Source: Mobula hypostoma (taxonomy: Eukaryota). Taken from it: a stretch of DNA of 64,000 nucleotides. Where the stretch lies: assembly GCF_963921235.1 (NCBI RefSeq), contig NC_086108.1, forward strand, positions 61,878,001 to 61,942,000. The letters are read 5' to 3'. Under the pieces are notes generated by a model that was not told the origin of the DNA, made no database searches, and was given only the letters and a program-made list of their open reading frames with translations. Each line of letters opens with the position of its first letter. Position 1 is the stretch's first letter. Below are positions 37,401-51,922 of this stretch, piece after piece. The position numbers were made by a program, and so were the translations under genes.

Positions 37401-38890
37401 GTACACCTTGGATGTTGGAAATCGGACATGGAGACATCATGTGGACCAGATGCTGGATGCTCAGTCAAAGAACACACCTGAGTCAACTGCATCCAACAAA
37501 ATGGATACATTGCATCCACCGGACTTACCTCTCCGTGATGACTACATCACTGACAGCTACGTGACACTGGCAACAGAGAAAGTTGTCTTTGACAAGACAC
37601 CTGCCAAACCTGATGCCATTCTACAGGTCCAAAGGCACTAGCCTGAAAGAAACATAGCATTATGCAAAAGAATGAATTTTTAGTGTAGCAAAATTAGTTA
37701 TGGACTGTTATTATGAAAGCATTTTTATTTGAATATGATTTATTATAGGTAAATTGAATGTTTTGTTATATACACAGTTTTGAATGTTTTGTACATATAC
37801 AGTTTTATGTTATATTAATCTAAAGGGGTGGGAAGTATAATATATAGATCTATTTCTTTAAGCACAGTGATTCCCGTTAGCACCACTTATTGACTGATAA
37901 CTTTGCACCATGCACATTGATCTGTAGTTCTCTCTCTGCAATGTAAATACACCATTTAACCTTACCTTCAAGTGCATGCTTTTATTGAATTGACATTGTT
38001 GTTGTACAGACACAAGTATAGTCACAATTTCTTACATGTTCCCCATTTTTCTCATCTATTCTGATTAATTTCCTATTATTAAATGCAATAGTGAATCCTA
38101 CCATGTTTGGAATGTTTACATTTTGAGTTAGAATGGAATCCTGCAAACACATTAGGAACTGAATTCCCTCATTCCTTTTACCTGGCTGTTCAGTCCAAGT
38201 AGTACTGAGGTAGTCAAAACCTCAAATCATTATTATTCAGTATGTTTTATTTATGTCCCTAATTTGCTCATTTTTTTCTTTCTCCACTTCTCTTCCAATA
38301 TTAGATAGTCTGTAAATTATGCCAACAATATCGGCAATATTTTAGTATTTTTTATTCCAATGCATATGGCCTTTATCTTTGTCTTCTTTTAACTGTGTAT
38401 CATTTTCCCATTCCCAAAGTTATCCCTCATAATTATCATTACTCTGTCCTCCTTTCTTTCCACTCTCTTGCTCCAATGTTAGACCCTTTAATATTTAATT
38501 CCTAGCTCTTATTTTTTTTCAGTAGTATGTCTCAATAGTTCCTATTCTGTCAGATTCCAGTCAATTCATGATTGTCTCTAATGCAAGACAGGACATTAAT
38601 TCCAGAGAAACAAAGAGAATTGTAGAAGTGAACTGTGGGAAAAAATGCTGCAAATATAGTCTTTCCTGTGCTCTTTTTCATTTTATACATGAACAGTTTG
38701 TATTCTTAGATGTCCCACCCCACAGCCTACCAGCTTATCATTATTGCCACCTCTCACGCAGGAAATGTATCCCATCCGGTTCAAATGGGGCTTTTTCCAG
38801 TGGCACAAGACCTTTCAGTTCTTGAATTGGTACAGTTGATCCGTGAGAAGGAAAGACCATGTGTTAATCCCCCTGACCTTTCACCTAAGG

Positions 38891-39157
38891 CAGGGGTTCC
38901 CAACCTCTTTTACGCCATGTTCTAATACCATTAGATTAGATTAGATTATGAGAACACTCAGTCCTCTTTTATTGTCATTTAGAAATGCATACATGCATTA
39001 AGAAATGATACAATGTTTTTCTGGAGAGATATCACAGAAAACAGGACAAACCAAAGACTAACACTGACAGAACCACATAATTATAACTTATAGTTACAGC
39101 AGTGCCAAACAATGCCATTAAGCAAGGGATCCATGGACCCCAGTCTGGGAACCACTG
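38891..39157. mobile_element. hAT (Charlie-like) MITE with a nested retroelement tail (about 38930-39115)
   Basis: TIRs CAGGGGTTCCCAACC and GTCTGGGAACCACTG. 8-bp TSD ACCTAAGG/ACGTAAGG. Confidence 0.8.
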
Positions 39158-41764
39158 ACGTAAGGCAATAAACCGGAGGCAATCGCCCTCAATGTCCTGC
39201 TTTTTAAATTGGAGCCTAATTCAGGATGTTCTTTTAGCATTTCCCATGTTATTGTTTGTTCCAACATGGACCACCTGGACCTCTCTCATTCCAACTCCAT
39301 AAGATATTCCTTAGCCAGGCACCGTGTCAGCAATATACCTGGTTGCAGAGGATATTATCTATCCCCCTAATTTTATCAATTCCTATTTCGGACAATTATC
39401 ATTCCATTCCACCATTAACAAATCAATGCTTATTTTAAATCAGCATTTCTCTGACATCAAGTATTCTTTCCTACCTAATACTTCACTGTTTTAGTTCACT
39501 TAAACAACCTCAGTGTCTCATGGTCAGCTGCTTTCTAATTTCTCATCTGCTTGGTCTGTAGCTATGTATTGAACAAATTATTTCCACTTTTATAGTATAT
39601 ACATTATCATTACATAATCATAATTCCTTATTCACCTTTTAAGTTCGCTTTCCTTGGCTCACAGATCCAGCTGACATAATCAAACACACACTAACCTCCT
39701 CTCTTGTCAGTATCAAATGGAAATTACAGTTTGCGGTTCAAACTGTAATCATACACTAAGGGCATGGTTTGATCTGCTCAAAATTTCACCAACAAATGCT
39801 GTCATAACATGCATTTTTCTCAGCGTAGAAATGCCAATGGTGGACAGTGTGTCATTTATCAACTTAATCTCTGGATACAATGTGTATTCATTGGTCAGGT
39901 ATATAGCAAATGTTTATTTGATGTACTATGTTTCTGAAATGTATCTTTATCTCAGAACCAGAAAGCTGAACCTATTACACATGTGACACCCTTATTTTCA
40001 ATGCTTTTGATTGTGCTTTGTGAAGCAAAATGAAGTGCTATATTTTAAAGCAGTTTTTTTTAAATCTGTAATCGCATAAGAAACAGATTATTAGAAGGCA
40101 ACATATTGTGGCTTATAAGGAGCATTTGATAATCTTATTTTTTTCCATTTGGGATGAAGGATAACCTTTGAATGTTTGGAAAAATGCTAAACTTCCCAAT
40201 GGATAACACAAGGTTATTATAATCAGGGCTTATTTTGTTTGATTATTGAGTGGGCATGCCCTCCAGTACTAATTAAGGTAATCCCAGGAATGAAGGACTT
40301 ATTGGTTGAATAAGAGAAGGGTTTATTTCAGATTTCAAAAATCTATGTCATCTTTGTGCATTGTGCATATTTTGCATTGTTAGATGCCAGAGAAGTCAAT
40401 TGCCTTATTTTTCAAATTTTCTGCACCTCCTAAGTGAAGGTCAACCTTTACCTGCAATAAAAAAAATCAGATCACATTGCTAGGAAATCTCAACTTGACA
40501 CTTCCAGCGAACATGTAGACTTCTCATGGACAGCACCGGAGGTCAGATCTGAACACGGAGCTGCACTATCAGGCCATCCCATTCTGTTTTATTTCTTATC
40601 AATAAGACATTGACCAAAACCACCCCATCAGAAATATCCATACCTACCCCACCCTTTCCTCAACTTAAAAAAAATAATTTCTCAATGTCAGTTTATGAGC
40701 CACATAACAGAAATAGAAAGTAAATTTTGAATTGAGTCTCATTGGAAATAAATTTGTTAGAATATAGCTTTAGTTTAGTTCTAGTTCTAGCGGAAATTGT
40801 TTCCCTTCAAGAATACTAGGACACATCTCTTTAGCTAGTTGCTTCATCTGTGAATCTATTTATTTGTGTAGAGGAAATTGTTAACCCCGCCCCCCCCCCC
40901 ATTTTATAATTCTAAACTGGGCAAGAACAAAATATTCTATGAAACCCAGGCAAGAGCAAAATATTCTGAGAAAGAATCATGACCTTGCCTGCTGAAACAA
41001 CACTTTATGACATTTAAACATGTGCTGTGGACAGCATTGGAAGTGCTCTCCTCAGCAGGTCAAGCTTGACTAATATGGTTGATTTTACGGTAGGCATTAA
41101 CACAAAGCACAAACAAGTGGTTATTCTAAGTTTGTACTTTCTAATATCTTTTTAACTGCACCATCTTGCCTGTTTGGTCTAAACTGTAGCCCCGAGGATG
41201 AACACTGCACTATATCAGTAGGGCCCCAGGGAAGCATCTGCATTCATTTGTCTATATGAACTTCAAGGAGCAATTCTTAAGCTTCCACATGAGAGATCAC
41301 TTGCCAATATTGGTTGTAAACTGCAGTTGCTGGCTGGTATTTGCCAGGGCAGTATATAACAGAGAACATGAGTAATAGTATTGTTCTGTGATTGGCACAA
41401 TGTGATAATTGCAGTATCCCGGAGATCTGAATTTGGACCAACATGCCTCTTTTTTTTTTGTTTTTGTTACAGCTGCAGAGACAAACCATTGCTTTGAACA
41501 GGAAATTTTTTTTTATAGAACAGCCTGAAAAATACTCGCCACTTTAATTTTTTTTGTAATATGCATATTGTAAATAGAATGAAAATTGAAACATTGACAA
41601 TGTAAGTACTTTGAAGTTCGAAATTGTTTCAAAATAAAGGTTATGGTACACATATATTAACCCCACTGTGTGGCAACAAAGGCTATGTACATGACAGCAT
41701 TTCAGTTACTGCATAGCTGTGCACCCATGCAGCTTTGAGAGAACAGTGATTTGGACTTCATCTT

Positions 41765-42717
41765 TTCACCATATATGTCAATGATTTGGACTATGGGATT
41801 AATGGATTTGTGGCTAAATAGTTGGAGCAGCTGGTAGTGTTGAGGAAATGGAGAGCCTGCAGAGAGATTTAGATAATTCAGGGGAATGGGCAAAGAAGTG
41901 GCAAATGAAATACAATGTTGGAACGTGTATGGTCATGCACTTTGGTGGAAGAAATGAATGGGCAGACTATTATTTAGATGGAGAGAGAATTCAAATTGCA
42001 GAGATGCAAAGGGACTTGGGAGTCCTTGTGCAGGATACCATAAAGGTTAACCTCCAGGTTGTGTCGGTGGTGAAGAAGGTGAATGCAATGTTGTTATTCA
42101 TTTCTAGAGGAATAGAATATAAGAGCAGGGATGTGATGTTGAGGTTCTGTAAGGCACGGGTGAGACCACATGGAGTATTGTGTGCAGTTTTGGGCTCCAT
42201 ATTTTAGAAAGAATATACTGACATTGGAGAGGGTTCACAAGAATGATTCCAGGAATGAAAGGGTTACCATATGAGGAACATCTGGCAACTCTTGTGCTGT
42301 ATTCTCTGGAGTTCAGGAGAATGAGGGGGGATCTCAGAGAAACATTCCAAATGTTAAAAGGCCTGAACAGATTAGGTATGGCAAAGCTATTTCCCATGGT
42401 AGGGGAGCCTAGGACAAGATGGCACGACTTCAAGGTTGAAGGATGTCCATTTAGAACAGAGATGCGGAGAAATTACTTTAGTCAGAGGGTGGTAAATCTG
42501 TGGAATTTGTTGCCATAAGTGACTGTGGAGGCCAAGTCATTGAGTGCATTTAAGGCAGAGGTAGTAGGTTCTTGATTAGCCAGGGCATCAAAGGATATGG
42601 GGAGAAGGCTGGGGAGTGGGGATGACTGGAAGAATTGGATCAGCCCATGATTGAATGGTGGAGCAGACTCGATGGCCAGAATGGCCTACTTCTGTTCCTA
42701 TATCTTATGGTCTTATG
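41765..42717 (+). mobile_element. CR1 LINE 3' fragment
   Basis: LQRDLD...WQMKYNV, SRGIEYKSRDV and FSQRVVNLWN motifs. (TCTTATGG)n tail. Confidence 0.92.
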
Positions 42718-44209
42718 GAAATGGATAAAAACCCAAAGATTAAGAGGATGAAATTTATATACATTTAGCAATCACAGTAAATTCTGTGCAGAGGAAGAGA
42801 AAGGTAAAAAGGAACAAAGGCAGATTAATTGCAATTTTGGAATTCAACATGGGAAAATCAAAGGCCTTTCTTTGGGCCCCACTAGGTCGTGGTAGACCAT
42901 TGGGAGATGGAGAGAAAGTGTTAAAGTCTAGTGCACAGGTACAATAAGCAAAAAACAAAAAAAAAAAGGAATCTTGAAAATATACTTCCTTGTAGATAGC
43001 CTGGTCACATCCAGCTGGAGTATTGTCTTGGCCGCATACCTCTGGAAAGATACTAGAGCAGAAGATATAAAGTGTTAAGCAGAGACTCCTCTAACTAAGA
43101 ACAACTTCAAAAATGGTTAAGTTAAAAGGATATTTAGTAAATCATGAACAATAAGAAATATTTGTAATCAGAACATCAGTCATTGCCAATCGAGTGGCAG
43201 AGAGGACTTGAGCTGCTGTGCATCCTCTTTCACTGTTTGTAATGTTGATGATCAGGATTGTGTGGAAGGCTCCAGTTACAGTGTGAGGCAATTTAATATT
43301 CAATTAAATTGAGCTTAAAGAAAAACACCTATATCATGCAAAAAACTGGAATAAATTGTAATTCTTCCCTATAATTGCTGATTACCTGCTTGGATGACAG
43401 GCATCAAAGCTTATGATTAACTCAGCATCAAATACATATAACAGGTATGAGCCGAAATGGATGAACAGCCCCTTCAAATTTAAACACCTTCAATGAGATC
43501 TAACGAGTTTCTACGCAAATTGGGATTATTCTGCACTGTTAGTGTTTTTGGCTGGGTTCAATCAATTTTGATTTCTGATGAATGAGCAAACCAATGACAA
43601 ATAGTTCAACCCTAAATGAAGTTAAATTTGCTGTGGTCCTCTATGCTTATAATTTCAGTAATTGCAGAGGAGCTAGAGTTTCCTGAGATTCAGAATTCAG
43701 TTGATCATACTGTCTATGAACTCTGCCCCTCTCCAGCTCACTCTCTACCCACGCTGGTACAATGGAACTGCAGTATTTATCTTCAAAGTCACTGCTCTAA
43801 ATTCTACAGCACCATTTCAATTGAGAGAATGGGAGTCAAGTCTTGTGGCTACCCGTACATTCAAACAGAAGTATTTATGTCAATAAAGTAGAATTTAAGA
43901 AAATTCAGACTGCTGCAAACGCACAATGATTCAGTCAGCATGCAAATGTGAATGAGCTTCAAGTACAAGCATTAAGTAGAAAATCTGACTTTGGGGACTT
44001 ACTGCATTTTCTGTTTGCCATAGCTAAGCAATGTACTGTAAAGTTAATGATGTGGGTATTAGTAGGTGTAGAAGCAAGTAATTGTCCAGGTTTAGTTCTG
44101 CTCTGAGGATTCCTGTTACACCAGAAATTTCAGTTTAAGAGAAGATGCACTAGATTAGGAGCCACTCCCTTACCCTTTTCTCTTTCTTTTTGCAAGAGGG
44201 TTGCACGTG

Positions 44210-44640
44210 TGAATTACAAGAATGATCCCGGGAATAAAAGGATTTGATGGCTTTGGGTCTGTACTTGCTGGAGTTTAGAAGAATGAGTGGATATTTTATT
44301 GAAACCTACTGATTATTGAAACACCGGGATAGAGTGGACATGAGAAGATATCTTCAATAATAGAAGAGTCTAAAACTAGAGGGCATAGAATAGAGGGATG
44401 TCCCTTTAGAACAGAGATAAGGAGGAATTTCTTTAGCCAGAGGGTGGTTAATTTGTGTAATTCATTACCACAGATGGCTGTAGAGGCCAAGACATTTGGT
44501 ATATTTAAAACAGAGGTTGATAGTTTCTTGATTAATAGAAGCATCTAAAATTACAGGGAGAAGGCAGGAGAATGGAATTGAGGGAAAAATAAATCAGCCA
44601 TAATCAAATGGGTTAGCAGACTTGTTGGGCTGTAGGGGCA
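44210..44640 (+). mobile_element. CR1 LINE 3' end fragment
   Basis: Homologous to 42240-42680 (LEFRR...FRTEIRRNFFSQRVV). Confidence 0.8.
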
Positions 44641-44929
44641 GAATTAGACCACATGTTTTATGGCATGTAAGAAAGAAACTGCAATTATCATGGGAATCTG
44701 CATATTGAATGAACTAGTTAAACTTCCATGGGATGCCATGGAAGTGGAATATGTCAGGAAGTTTTTTTAAAAAACAATGTTTCTGAACCTTTTCAAAAAC
44801 AGGCTTCTTCAGAGTAAGTAGGGTTATTAAGAGATCTGTTGAAGTTCCTCTAGGCAGTGGGGAACATATCATAATGAAATTCCAGATACAGTGTGAAAGT
44901 GAATACTTAAGATTGAAAACCATTTTTTT

Positions 44930-45965
44930 TGCTGCTGCCATCAGGAAGGTGGTACAGGAGTCTCAAGATTCACACCACAACATTCAGGAACAGTTATTAC
45001 TCCTCAGCCATTAGGCTCTTGAACCAAAGGGGATATCTTCAGCCAACTTCACTTGCCCCATCATTGAAATGTTCCCACCATCAATGGACTCATTTTCAAG
45101 GACTCTTCATCTCAAGTTCTCAATATTTATTGATTTAATTCTTAGGGATAAGATATATGAGCAATTGGAAACCCATGGCCTAATTACAGAGAGCCAGTAT
45201 GGCTTTGTGCAGGGCAGGTCATGTTTTACCAACTTGATTGAGTTTTTGACAAGGTGATGAGAGAAATTGAAGAGGGTAGGTCAGTGGATGTTGTCTACAT
45301 GTATTTTAGTAAGGCATTTGGCCAAGTCCCTCATGGGAGGCTAATCCAGAAGATTAAGGTGCGTGGCATCCACAGCGAATTAGCTGCTTGGATTCAGAAC
45401 TGGCTTGCACCTAGAAGACAGAGGGTAGTGGTCAAAGGGACACTCGAGCTGGAGGTCTGTAATTAGTTGTATTCTGCAGGGATCTGTACTGGGACCTCTG
45501 CTGTTTGTGAGGCATAAGGTTTTCACTCAGAGAGTGACGGATGCCTGGAATGTGCTAACTGGTGTGGTGGTAGAGGCAAGTACTTCAGAGGCTTTTAAGG
45601 GACATTTAGATAGGCACATGAAAGTGAGGAAGGTGGAAGGGGATGGACATTGTGTAGGTAGGAGGGATTAATTTTGAGGGGTTTTTGATTTAGTTTTTAA
45701 GCTGGTCACAACATTGTGAGCAGAAGAAGCTGTTCCTGTGCTGTACTCTTCTATGTTCTATTGATTACTATTATTGCTTCTTTTTCTATTTGCACAGCTT
45801 ACTATCTTCTGCACTCCAGCTAAACACCCTAGTTGGGCAGACTTTCACTGATCCTGTTATGGTTATTATTCTATAGATTTATTTAATATACCCACAAGGA
45901 AATGAATCCCAGGGTTGTATATGGCAACATATTTACTTAGATAATAAATTTACTTTGAATTTTGA
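44930..45965 (+). mobile_element. Rex1/Babar 3' end split by a CR1 fragment (about 45137-45760)
   Basis: LLPSGRWYRSLK...FRNSYY on the left. CR1 SQYGFVQGRSC and VDVVYMYFSKAF inside. TATTGATT repeated at both junctions. Confidence 0.75.
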
Positions 45966-46436
45966 CTTAAATAACAGCAATTACAAAAGTATAAAGGGAC
46001 AGTTGTTCTAGAATGCACTAGGGAAATGAGCTAAAATAAACGTTAGTGGTTTCAAGATTAAAGATTGTCATTTCCAGCTTACAAGAGTAAAGGAGAATGA
46101 AATGAATAATGAATAGTGCAAGTATTTAAGCAACTATTTTGGAATGCTTAACAGAACTTGTTCCAATTTAAAAGGACTCGACAGGGAAGATGAACATTCC
46201 ATGGTTAAGAAAGTTGGTCACGCAAAATAGTAAACCCAAAATGAAAGTTCACAGTGGCAAAAGCTAGTGGTAGATCGAAAGACTGAGAATCTTTTAGCAA
46301 CTTGCAGCTGCGGCATTGAATTAAAAAGCTAATAAGGAGAGAGAAATATGATTGAGAGAAAGTTGGCAACTAATGACAAAACAAACACCAAGTGCATCAA
46401 TAGATACAAGAAATCAAAACAAAAAGCTACAGAAAG

Positions 46437-47638
46437 AAGAGAAAATCTGCAGATGCTGGAAATCCAAGCAACACACACAAAATGCTGGAGGAACACAGCA
46501 GGCCAGTCAGCATCTATTGAAAAGAGTACAGTCAAAATTTTGGGCTGAGACTCTGGAGAGAAAAAGATGAGAAATCAGAATAAGAAGATGGGGGGAGGGG
46601 AGGAAGAAAGACATGGTAGTAGGTGATAGGTGAAACTGGGAGGGGTGAAGTAAAGAGCTGGGAAGTCGATTGGTGAAAGAGATAAAGAGTTGAAGAAGGG
46701 GAAATCTGAAAGGAGTGAACAGAAGGCCATGGAAGAAAGGGAAGGGGAGAGAAGCACCAGAAGGAGGTGATGGGCTGGCAAGGAGATCAGGTGAGAGGGA
46801 AATGGGAATGGGAAATGGTGGGGGGGGGGGCGGGGTTGGATATTACTGAAAGTTCAAGAAATCAATGTTCATGCCATCAGTTTGGAAGCTACCCAGATGG
46901 AATGCAAGGTTTTGCTCCTCCAATCTGAGTATGGCTTCATCACAGTCATGGACTGACATGTCGGAATGAGAGTGAGACGTGGAATTAAAATGGGTGGCCA
47001 CCAGGAGTTCCCACTTTTTCTGGTGGATGGAGCGTAGGTGCTCGGCAAAGCAGTCTCTCAATCGTACATTGGATCTCACCGATACACAGGAGGCCACACC
47101 AGGAGCACCAGGTACAGTAGATGACCCCAATAAACTCACACTTGGAGTGTCACCTCACCTGGAAGAACTGTTTGGGCCCCTGAATGGTAGTGAGGGAGGA
47201 GGTGTAGAGTAGGCGTAGCACTTGTTCCCCTTGCAAAGGTAAGTGCCAGGAAGGAGATTAATGGACAAGAGAGTCACGCAAGGAACCCTGCGGAAAGTAG
47301 AATGGGGAGGGGAAGGAAAAAAGTGCTTGGAGGTGGGATCTCACTGGGGATGGTGAAAGTTACAGAGGATTATGTGCTGGATGCAGAAGCTGGTGGGGTG
47401 GTAGGTGAGGACAAGAGGAACCCTATCTCTGGTGGGGTGGCAGAATGAGGGAGTGAGGGCAGATGTATGTGAAATGGAAGAGATGTGGCTGAGGTCAGCA
47501 TTGATGGTGGAGGAAGGGAAGCCCCTTTTTGAAGGAGGACAACATCTCCTTAGTTCTAGATTGAAAAGCCTCATCCTGAGAGCAGATGCAGCAGATATGG
47601 AGGAATTGAGAGATGGGAATAGTATTTTTACAAGTGAC
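46437..47638 (-). mobile_element. Penelope-like element 3' portion (decayed)
   Basis: RDRVPLVLTYHPTS, RLRDCFAEHLRSI and RLEEQ...GMNIDF motifs. Homologous to 14772-15865. Confidence 0.9.
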
Positions 47639-47699
47639 AAGCTACAGAAAGTGCTGGACTCTTTAGAAAATGTGACTTGAGAACTGTCGATGAGGAATA

Positions 47700-49145
47700 A
47701 GGAAATAAATTAATTAAACCAACTCTTTTGCATCAGTCTTCATAGTGGAGGATACTGCAAACAGTTCAGGGTATAAAATGATGTAATCTCAAATAGCATG
47801 GAAGACTTTACTACAGAGGAGAGAAATAATGAAAAAAATTTAATGGGACTAAAAGAAATGCAAATAGCCAGGACCTGATTATCTGCACCAAATGTTTTAA
47901 ACAAAGTGGCTGCAGAGGTAGTAGAGCTATTGGGTGAAGTTTTTCATAACTTGCTGAGTTCTGGGAAGATATGAGCAGATTGGAAAGCTGCAATTGTAAC
48001 TCCTGTGTTCAAGAAGATTGGGAGATAAGAAGTGAGAATCTCTGGCCTAGTTCACTTAACATGTATTGTTGGCAAAATGTTGGAGACTACAACCGAGGAA
48101 GAAATGCTGGAGTCTACAACCAAAGGAGCAATAGCTAGTCACGTTAAAAAAAAGATTAATGTAATCAGATAAAGTCATCATGATTTTATGAAAGTTAATT
48201 ATGTTAGACAAATTTGCTTTGGTTATCTTAGGTGGTAATAAGTAGAGGTCACAGAAGGAAATGTGTAGTAAATTTGGATTTCCAGAAGAAAATTGATAAA
48301 AGATAATTTCATAAAGTATGAGCTTAGGGTTCTTCAGTAATTATGTTAACAAGGATTGAAAGGCATCATATTGAAGCCAGTGAGTCTGACATCAGATGTG
48401 GAAAAGTTATTGGAAGGTATTCTTGGGAATCAGGTGTATAAGTATTGTATTTGGATAGACATGAACTGATTAAGGATAGTCAGCATGGCTTCATATGTGG
48501 TAGGTTATGTCTAACCTATCTTAGAGAGTTTTTCGAGGGAATTACCAGGAAAGTGGATGAAGGCAAGGCAATTGATGTTGTCTACATGGACTTTAGAAAG
48601 GCATTTGACAAGGTCCCGTACGGAAGGTTCAGTCGCTCAGCATTCAGGATGAGATGGTAAATTGGATTAGACAATGGCTCTGTGGGAGAAGCCAGAGAGT
48701 GGTAGTAGATGGTTGCTCTCTGACTGGAGGCCTGTGACTAATGATGTACACAGGGTTCAGTGCTGAGTCCCTTGCTATTTGTCATCTATATCAATGATCT
48801 GAATGCTAATGTGGTCAAGTGGATCAGCAAATTTGCAGATGACGCCAAGACTGGGGGTGTAGTGGACAGTGAGGAAGGCTACCATGAATTGCAGAGGGAT
48901 CTGCATCAGCTGGTAAAATAGGCTGAAAAAAACGGCAGATGGAATTTAATACAGACATGCGTGAAGTTTTACACTTCAGTAGGACCAATGAGGGTAGGTC
49001 TTACACAGTCAACGGTCGGACACTGAGGAGTGTGTTTGAAAAAAAGAAATTTGGGAATTCATTGGAAGTGGCAGAGCAGGAAGGCAGAGTCGCAAAGAAA
49101 GCTTTTGACACATTGTCTTACATAGATTGAAATATTGAATACAGG
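47700..49145 (+). mobile_element. Cluster of degenerate CR1 RT fragments
   Basis: SQHGFICGRLCLT, DVVYMDFRKAFDKVP, KFADDAK and MEFNTD motifs. Confidence 0.8.
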
Positions 49146-49209
49146 TGAAACATTTAAGGGGAACATGAATGAGAAGGGGTCAATAACTCTTCTGGGTGTT
49201 TTTTTTACA

Positions 49210-51530
49210 GACCATGGATTAGTAACAGATAGAGAAGCAGAAAGGGCGACAGATTCTGGAAAGGAGTAATAATAAGAGGGTTATTATGGTGGGAGATTTT
49301 AATTTCCCAAATATTGATTAGCATCTCCCTAGAGTGAGGGTTTAGATGGGGGTGGAGTTTGTTAGGTGTGTTCAAGAAGGTTTCTTGACACAATATGTAG
49401 ATAAGAGCAGAGGCTGTACTTGATCTGGTATTGGGAAATGAACCTGGTCAGGTGTCAGGTCTCTCAGTGGGAGAGCATTTTGGAGATAGTGATCACAATT
49501 TTATCTCCTTTACCATAGCATTGGAGAGGGATAGGAATAGGCAAATTAGGGAAACGTTTAATTAGAGTAAGGGGAAATATGAAGCTATCAAGCAGGAACT
49601 TGGAAGTATAAATTGAAAACAGATGTTCTCAGGGAAACGTACGGAAGAAATGTGGCAAATGTTCAAGGGATGTTTGCATGGGGTTCTGCATAGGTATGTT
49701 CCAATGAGACAGGAAAAGAATGGTAGGGTACAGGTACAGTGGTGTAGAAAGGCTGTTGTAAATCTAGTCAAGAAGAAAAGAAGAGTTTACGAAAGGTTCA
49801 AAAAACTAGGTAATGATTGAGATCTAGAAGATTATAAGGCTATCAGGAAGGAGCTTAAGAATGAAATTAGGAGAGCCAGAAGGGGCCATGAGAAGGCCTT
49901 GGCAGACAGGATTAGGGAAAACCCCAAGGCATTCTACAAGTATGTGAAGAGCAAGAGGAAAAGGCGTGAGAGAATAGGACCAATCAAGTGTGACAGTGGA
50001 GAAGAGTGTGTGGAACTGAAGGAGATAGCAGAGGTACTTAATGAATACTTTGGTTCAGTATTTACTATGGAAAAGGATCTTGGTGATTGAAGGGATGACT
50101 TGCAGTGGACTGAAAAGCTTGATCATGTAGATTTTAAGGAAGAGGATGTGCTGGAGCTTTTGAAAAACATCAAGTTGGATAAGTCACCAGAACCGTACAG
50201 GTTGTACTCCAGGCAACTGTGGGAGACGAGGAAGGAGATTGCTGAGCCTCTGGCAATGATCTTTCCATCATCAATGAGGACGGAAGAGGTTCCGGACGAT
50301 TGGAGGGTTGCGTATGTTGTTCCCTTATTCAAGAAAGGGAGTAGAGATAGCCCAGGAAATTATAGACCAGTGAGTCTTACTTCAGTGGTTGGTACGTTGA
50401 TGGAGAAGATCCTGAGAGGCAGGATTTATGAACATTTGGAGAGGCATAATAGGATTAGGAATAGTCAGCATGGCTTTGTCAAAGGCAGGTCGTGCCTTAC
50501 CAGCCTGATTGAATTTTTTGAGGATGTGACTAAACACATTAATGAAGGTAGAGCCGTAGATATAGTGTATATGGATTTTAGCAAGGCATTTGATAAGGTA
50601 CCCCATGCAAGTCTTATTGAGAAAGTAAGGAGGCATGGGATCCAAGGGGACATTACTTTGTGGATCCAGAACTGGCTTGCCTACTGAAGGCAAAGAGTGG
50701 TTGTAGACAGGTCATATTCTGCATGGAAGCCAGTGACCAGTGGTGTGCCTCAGGGATCTGTTCTGGGACCCCTACTCCTCGTCATTTTTATAAATGACCT
50801 TGACGAGGAAGTGGAGGGATGGGCTAGTAAATTTGCTGATGACACAAAGGTTGAGGGTGTTGTGGATAGTGTGGAGGGCTGTCAGAGGTTACAACGGGAC
50901 ATTGATAGGATACAAGACTGAGCTGAGAAGTGGCAGATGGAATTCAACCCAGATAAGTGTGAGGTGGTTCATTTTGGTAGGTCAAATATGATGGCAGAAT
51001 ATAGCATTAATGGGGTCCGAGTCCATAGGACACTCAAAGCTGCTACACAGGTTGACTCTGTGGTTAAGAAGGCATATCGTGCATTGGCCTTCATCAATCA
51101 TGGGATTGAGGTTGAGTGAACTCAGACTTTTCTCCTTGGAGCGACGGAGGATGAGAGGTGACCTGATAGAGGTGTACAAGATAATGAGTGGCATTGATCG
51201 TGTGGATAGTCAGAGGATTCTCCTCAGGGCTGAAATAGCTTGCATGAGAGGGCAGAGTTTTAAGGTGCTTGGAAGTAGGTACAGAAGAGATGTCTGGGGT
51301 AAGTTGTTTTTTTTCTTTTATGCAGAGTGGTGAGTGGACGGAATGGGTTGCCAGCGGCAGTGGTGGAGGCAGAAACAATAGGGCCTTTTATGAGACGGGA
51401 TGGCTACATGGAGCTTGGAAAAATAGAGGGCTATGGGTAAAGCCTAGGTAGTTCTAAGGTAGGGATATGTCTGGCACAGCTTTGTGGGCCTGTATTGTGC
51501 TATATGTTTTCTATGTTTCTGTGTTTCTAG
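49210..51530 (+). mobile_element. CR1 LINE, endonuclease C-terminus through RT and 3' tail, with an internal deletion near 51110
   Basis: MVGDFNFP, LDLVLGNE, SDH, ENPKAFY, YRPVSLTS, QGSVLGP and KFADDTK motifs. Confidence 0.95.
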
Positions 51531-51922
51531 GGGGGATGACTACTTTTTAAATCAGTACTGTATATAGTTACAGTAATTGACAACAAACTTAAATATTTTT
51601 ATCTCTACTGCTTGTTTTCATCCTTTCCTTTGAAATGCCAACTGCCGATCATCCACACACTCTTCCCAACGAGTCTCATATTCCCTGCCCCACTGTTTCC
51701 ATCAGCTCCCTTATTTGATTCCACTCTTCACTTTTCTTTCTTTCAGATTCCATAGTCTACAATTATCACTTCCCAGCCTCTGTTGATATCTCCACCATTC
51801 CCTCCACCAACTGACTCCATCTGCTTGTCAACCCCTCCTCACCTGGATTGACCTATCACTTGGCAGTTCTTCCCCATCTCTCCCACCACCCCGCCACCAA
51901 AGCTGCTCTTTATACTGACTAA

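Larger units (their letters stand above)
30605..38014 (+). mobile_element. Decayed Gypsy/Ty3 LTR retrotransposon with both ~175-bp LTRs (30605-30778, 37836-38014)
   Basis: LTR direct repeats, TGGTGGCA after the 5' LTR, PPT AAAGGGGTGGGAAG at 37822-37835. gag (PKPLIIAER; tandem CCHC about 33500-33590), protease LDTGS, RT (CGDFKVSIN, FSKIDLSQAY, YLDD), RNase H (DAPPYGI, PIAFAS) and integrase (GLPEQIVSDNGP), in RT-RH-IN order. Confidence 0.92.

Noticed and set aside
30595..38020. TSD for the Gypsy element
   Set aside because: The flanks (TTAT versus AGTA/TATA) do not give a clean duplication, so none is claimed
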